Shown here in pieces: positions 33,958 through 35,077 of a stretch of 35,077 nucleotides of DNA; the stretch's first letter is position 1, and each line of letters begins with the position of its first letter. A program made the position numbers and the translations under genes. The DNA comes from Utricularia gibba. Its lineage: Eukaryota > Plantae > Magnoliophyta. The notes below the pieces were generated by a model. It saw nothing but the letters and a program-made list of their open reading frames with translations, was not told the origin of the DNA and did not search any database. The stretch spans positions 1-35,077 of the forward strand of contig NEEC01000100.1 of NCBI GenBank assembly GCA_002189035.1. The letters are read 5' to 3'.

Positions 33958-35077
33958 TTAAACATCTGAATAAGGAACTGGAACCCTTTGTGTTTCTGGG
34001 CCAGCAACCATGTCTTCCCAAAGCAGATCAGAGAGGGACATCGTCAATTCTCCAACTTCACCTGCAATGAACAACAAAGCCCCAAACATGAAAGTGGACT
34101 GAAATTATAGAAACAACTTGTTCAGATCAACACAAGCATTGTCTGCTATGGAATCCAGAGACGCTACCAACCATTTCCAATGGGCTTCCCGTCCCAATCG
34201 ATGATGGGAATTATAGGAAGAGCGCTTCTAGGAACATCATCTCAGAAGTCCTTTTTGCCTCCTCCACAGTTATGTTTCTCGTATCCACAGCCTTCAAAAA
34301 GCCTTGATCAACCAGTTTTCGAGCAAGCTGAATCAGTCTAAGCGCAGTGCAACCGCTCAGAATGTTATCAAATCCTGGAAAAATAAGCTCTTTATCTTGA
34401 GTTAAGAAGGCAACATTCATATTGGACCCTCAGCAATATAACCATTTTCATCAACCCAAATAGAAGCAAACGCCCCTTTCTCTTCAGCTTCCATCAGTGA
34501 GAGAACATTTGGGAGGTAGTTTACATTCTTCATTGTGGCGAAAAGAGTTGGTTTCATGGGAATTGTGGATGTTATCACTCTCACCCCATCTCTGCATTGG
34601 CTGAAATCTTCATCAATGACTACAGCATAGAAAGCGGATGTTGTGCAGCCAGAGGGTGAGAGAAAGAAATCCCCCGGTCCAGCGCTCAACCAATATCTCA
34701 GGGATCCCTTTCTGCATTTTGAAGCTGCAGTGAGTTGAATGAGAATGCTTCTCAGTGCGGACCGAGAAAAGGGGGTCTGATTTTCGCTTTTTCAGCTGAT
34801 GTCAAGAAACGGGCTAGATGGTCATCAATGCCGTAAAGATATCTGTGGCATATAAATTAAGACAAAGCATGCATCACAGATCCCTCGAGTGAGAGAAGAA
34901 TAAAAGAGTGCAATTCTGGTTTCAAGATGTGTTTCTATGAAGTGGAAACAAATTTACCCGTTAAAAATAGTTGCGGTATCGAAAACCCCGTGGCCCCGAT
35001 GAACCATGTGATCATCTATGGGAATAACCATCATCTCCGTATCAAGAGTAATCCCACCAAATACACTGGAATACATT
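33958..35077 (-). CDS. DAAT: D-amino-acid aminotransferase / aminodeoxychorismate lyase (class IV PLP enzyme), 5'-truncated by the window edge
   Basis: MYSSVFGGITLD..MVIPIDDHMVHRGHGVFDT, ATMKNVNYLPNVLS, GYIAEGP(N)MNVAF, ILSGCTA, last exon ...DMVAGPETQRVPVPYSDV*. Three apparent 1-bp deletions. Confidence 0.92.

Noticed and set aside
33958-35077. Calling DAAT (and TCP4) pseudogenes
   Set aside because: All lesions are 1-bp losses in short runs with otherwise conserved coding sequence, which is more consistent with consensus error.
1-35077. CRISPR arrays, rRNA or tRNA genes
   Set aside because: None seen; the only tRNA-like sequences are the two retrotransposon primer-binding sites.

Overview
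Gene-dense plant (eudicot-like) nuclear DNA with short introns. It holds two full-length Ty1/copia LTR retrotransposons, both on the minus strand, both inside small introns and both in the same orientation as their host genes. Element A (1166-5880) is a conventional tRNA-iMet-primed TG...CA element with a disrupted gag-pol. It sits in an intron of an unidentified, frameshift-ridden gene. Element B (9069-14636) is the standout. It has identical 446-bp LTRs, a perfect CATAC target-site duplication, non-canonical TG...TA termini, an 18-nt primer-binding site matching plant tRNA-Trp as I recall its sequence, and a pol frame that runs 79 codons into the U3 part of the 3' LTR. It splits a TTL (TPR-thioredoxin-like) gene between its TPR exons and its thioredoxin-like exons. 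The rest is ordinary host genes: IPT9, a YCF45-like ATPase, a miR319-targeted CIN-TCP, a DUF3082 protein, an ERL1-like exonuclease, an ATHB52-like HD-Zip and part of a D-amino-acid aminotransferase. Many frameshifts in conserved genes are single-base losses in short homopolymers, which looks like long-read consensus error, so pseudogene calls are unreliable. All family assignments are from motif recognition, not database searches.
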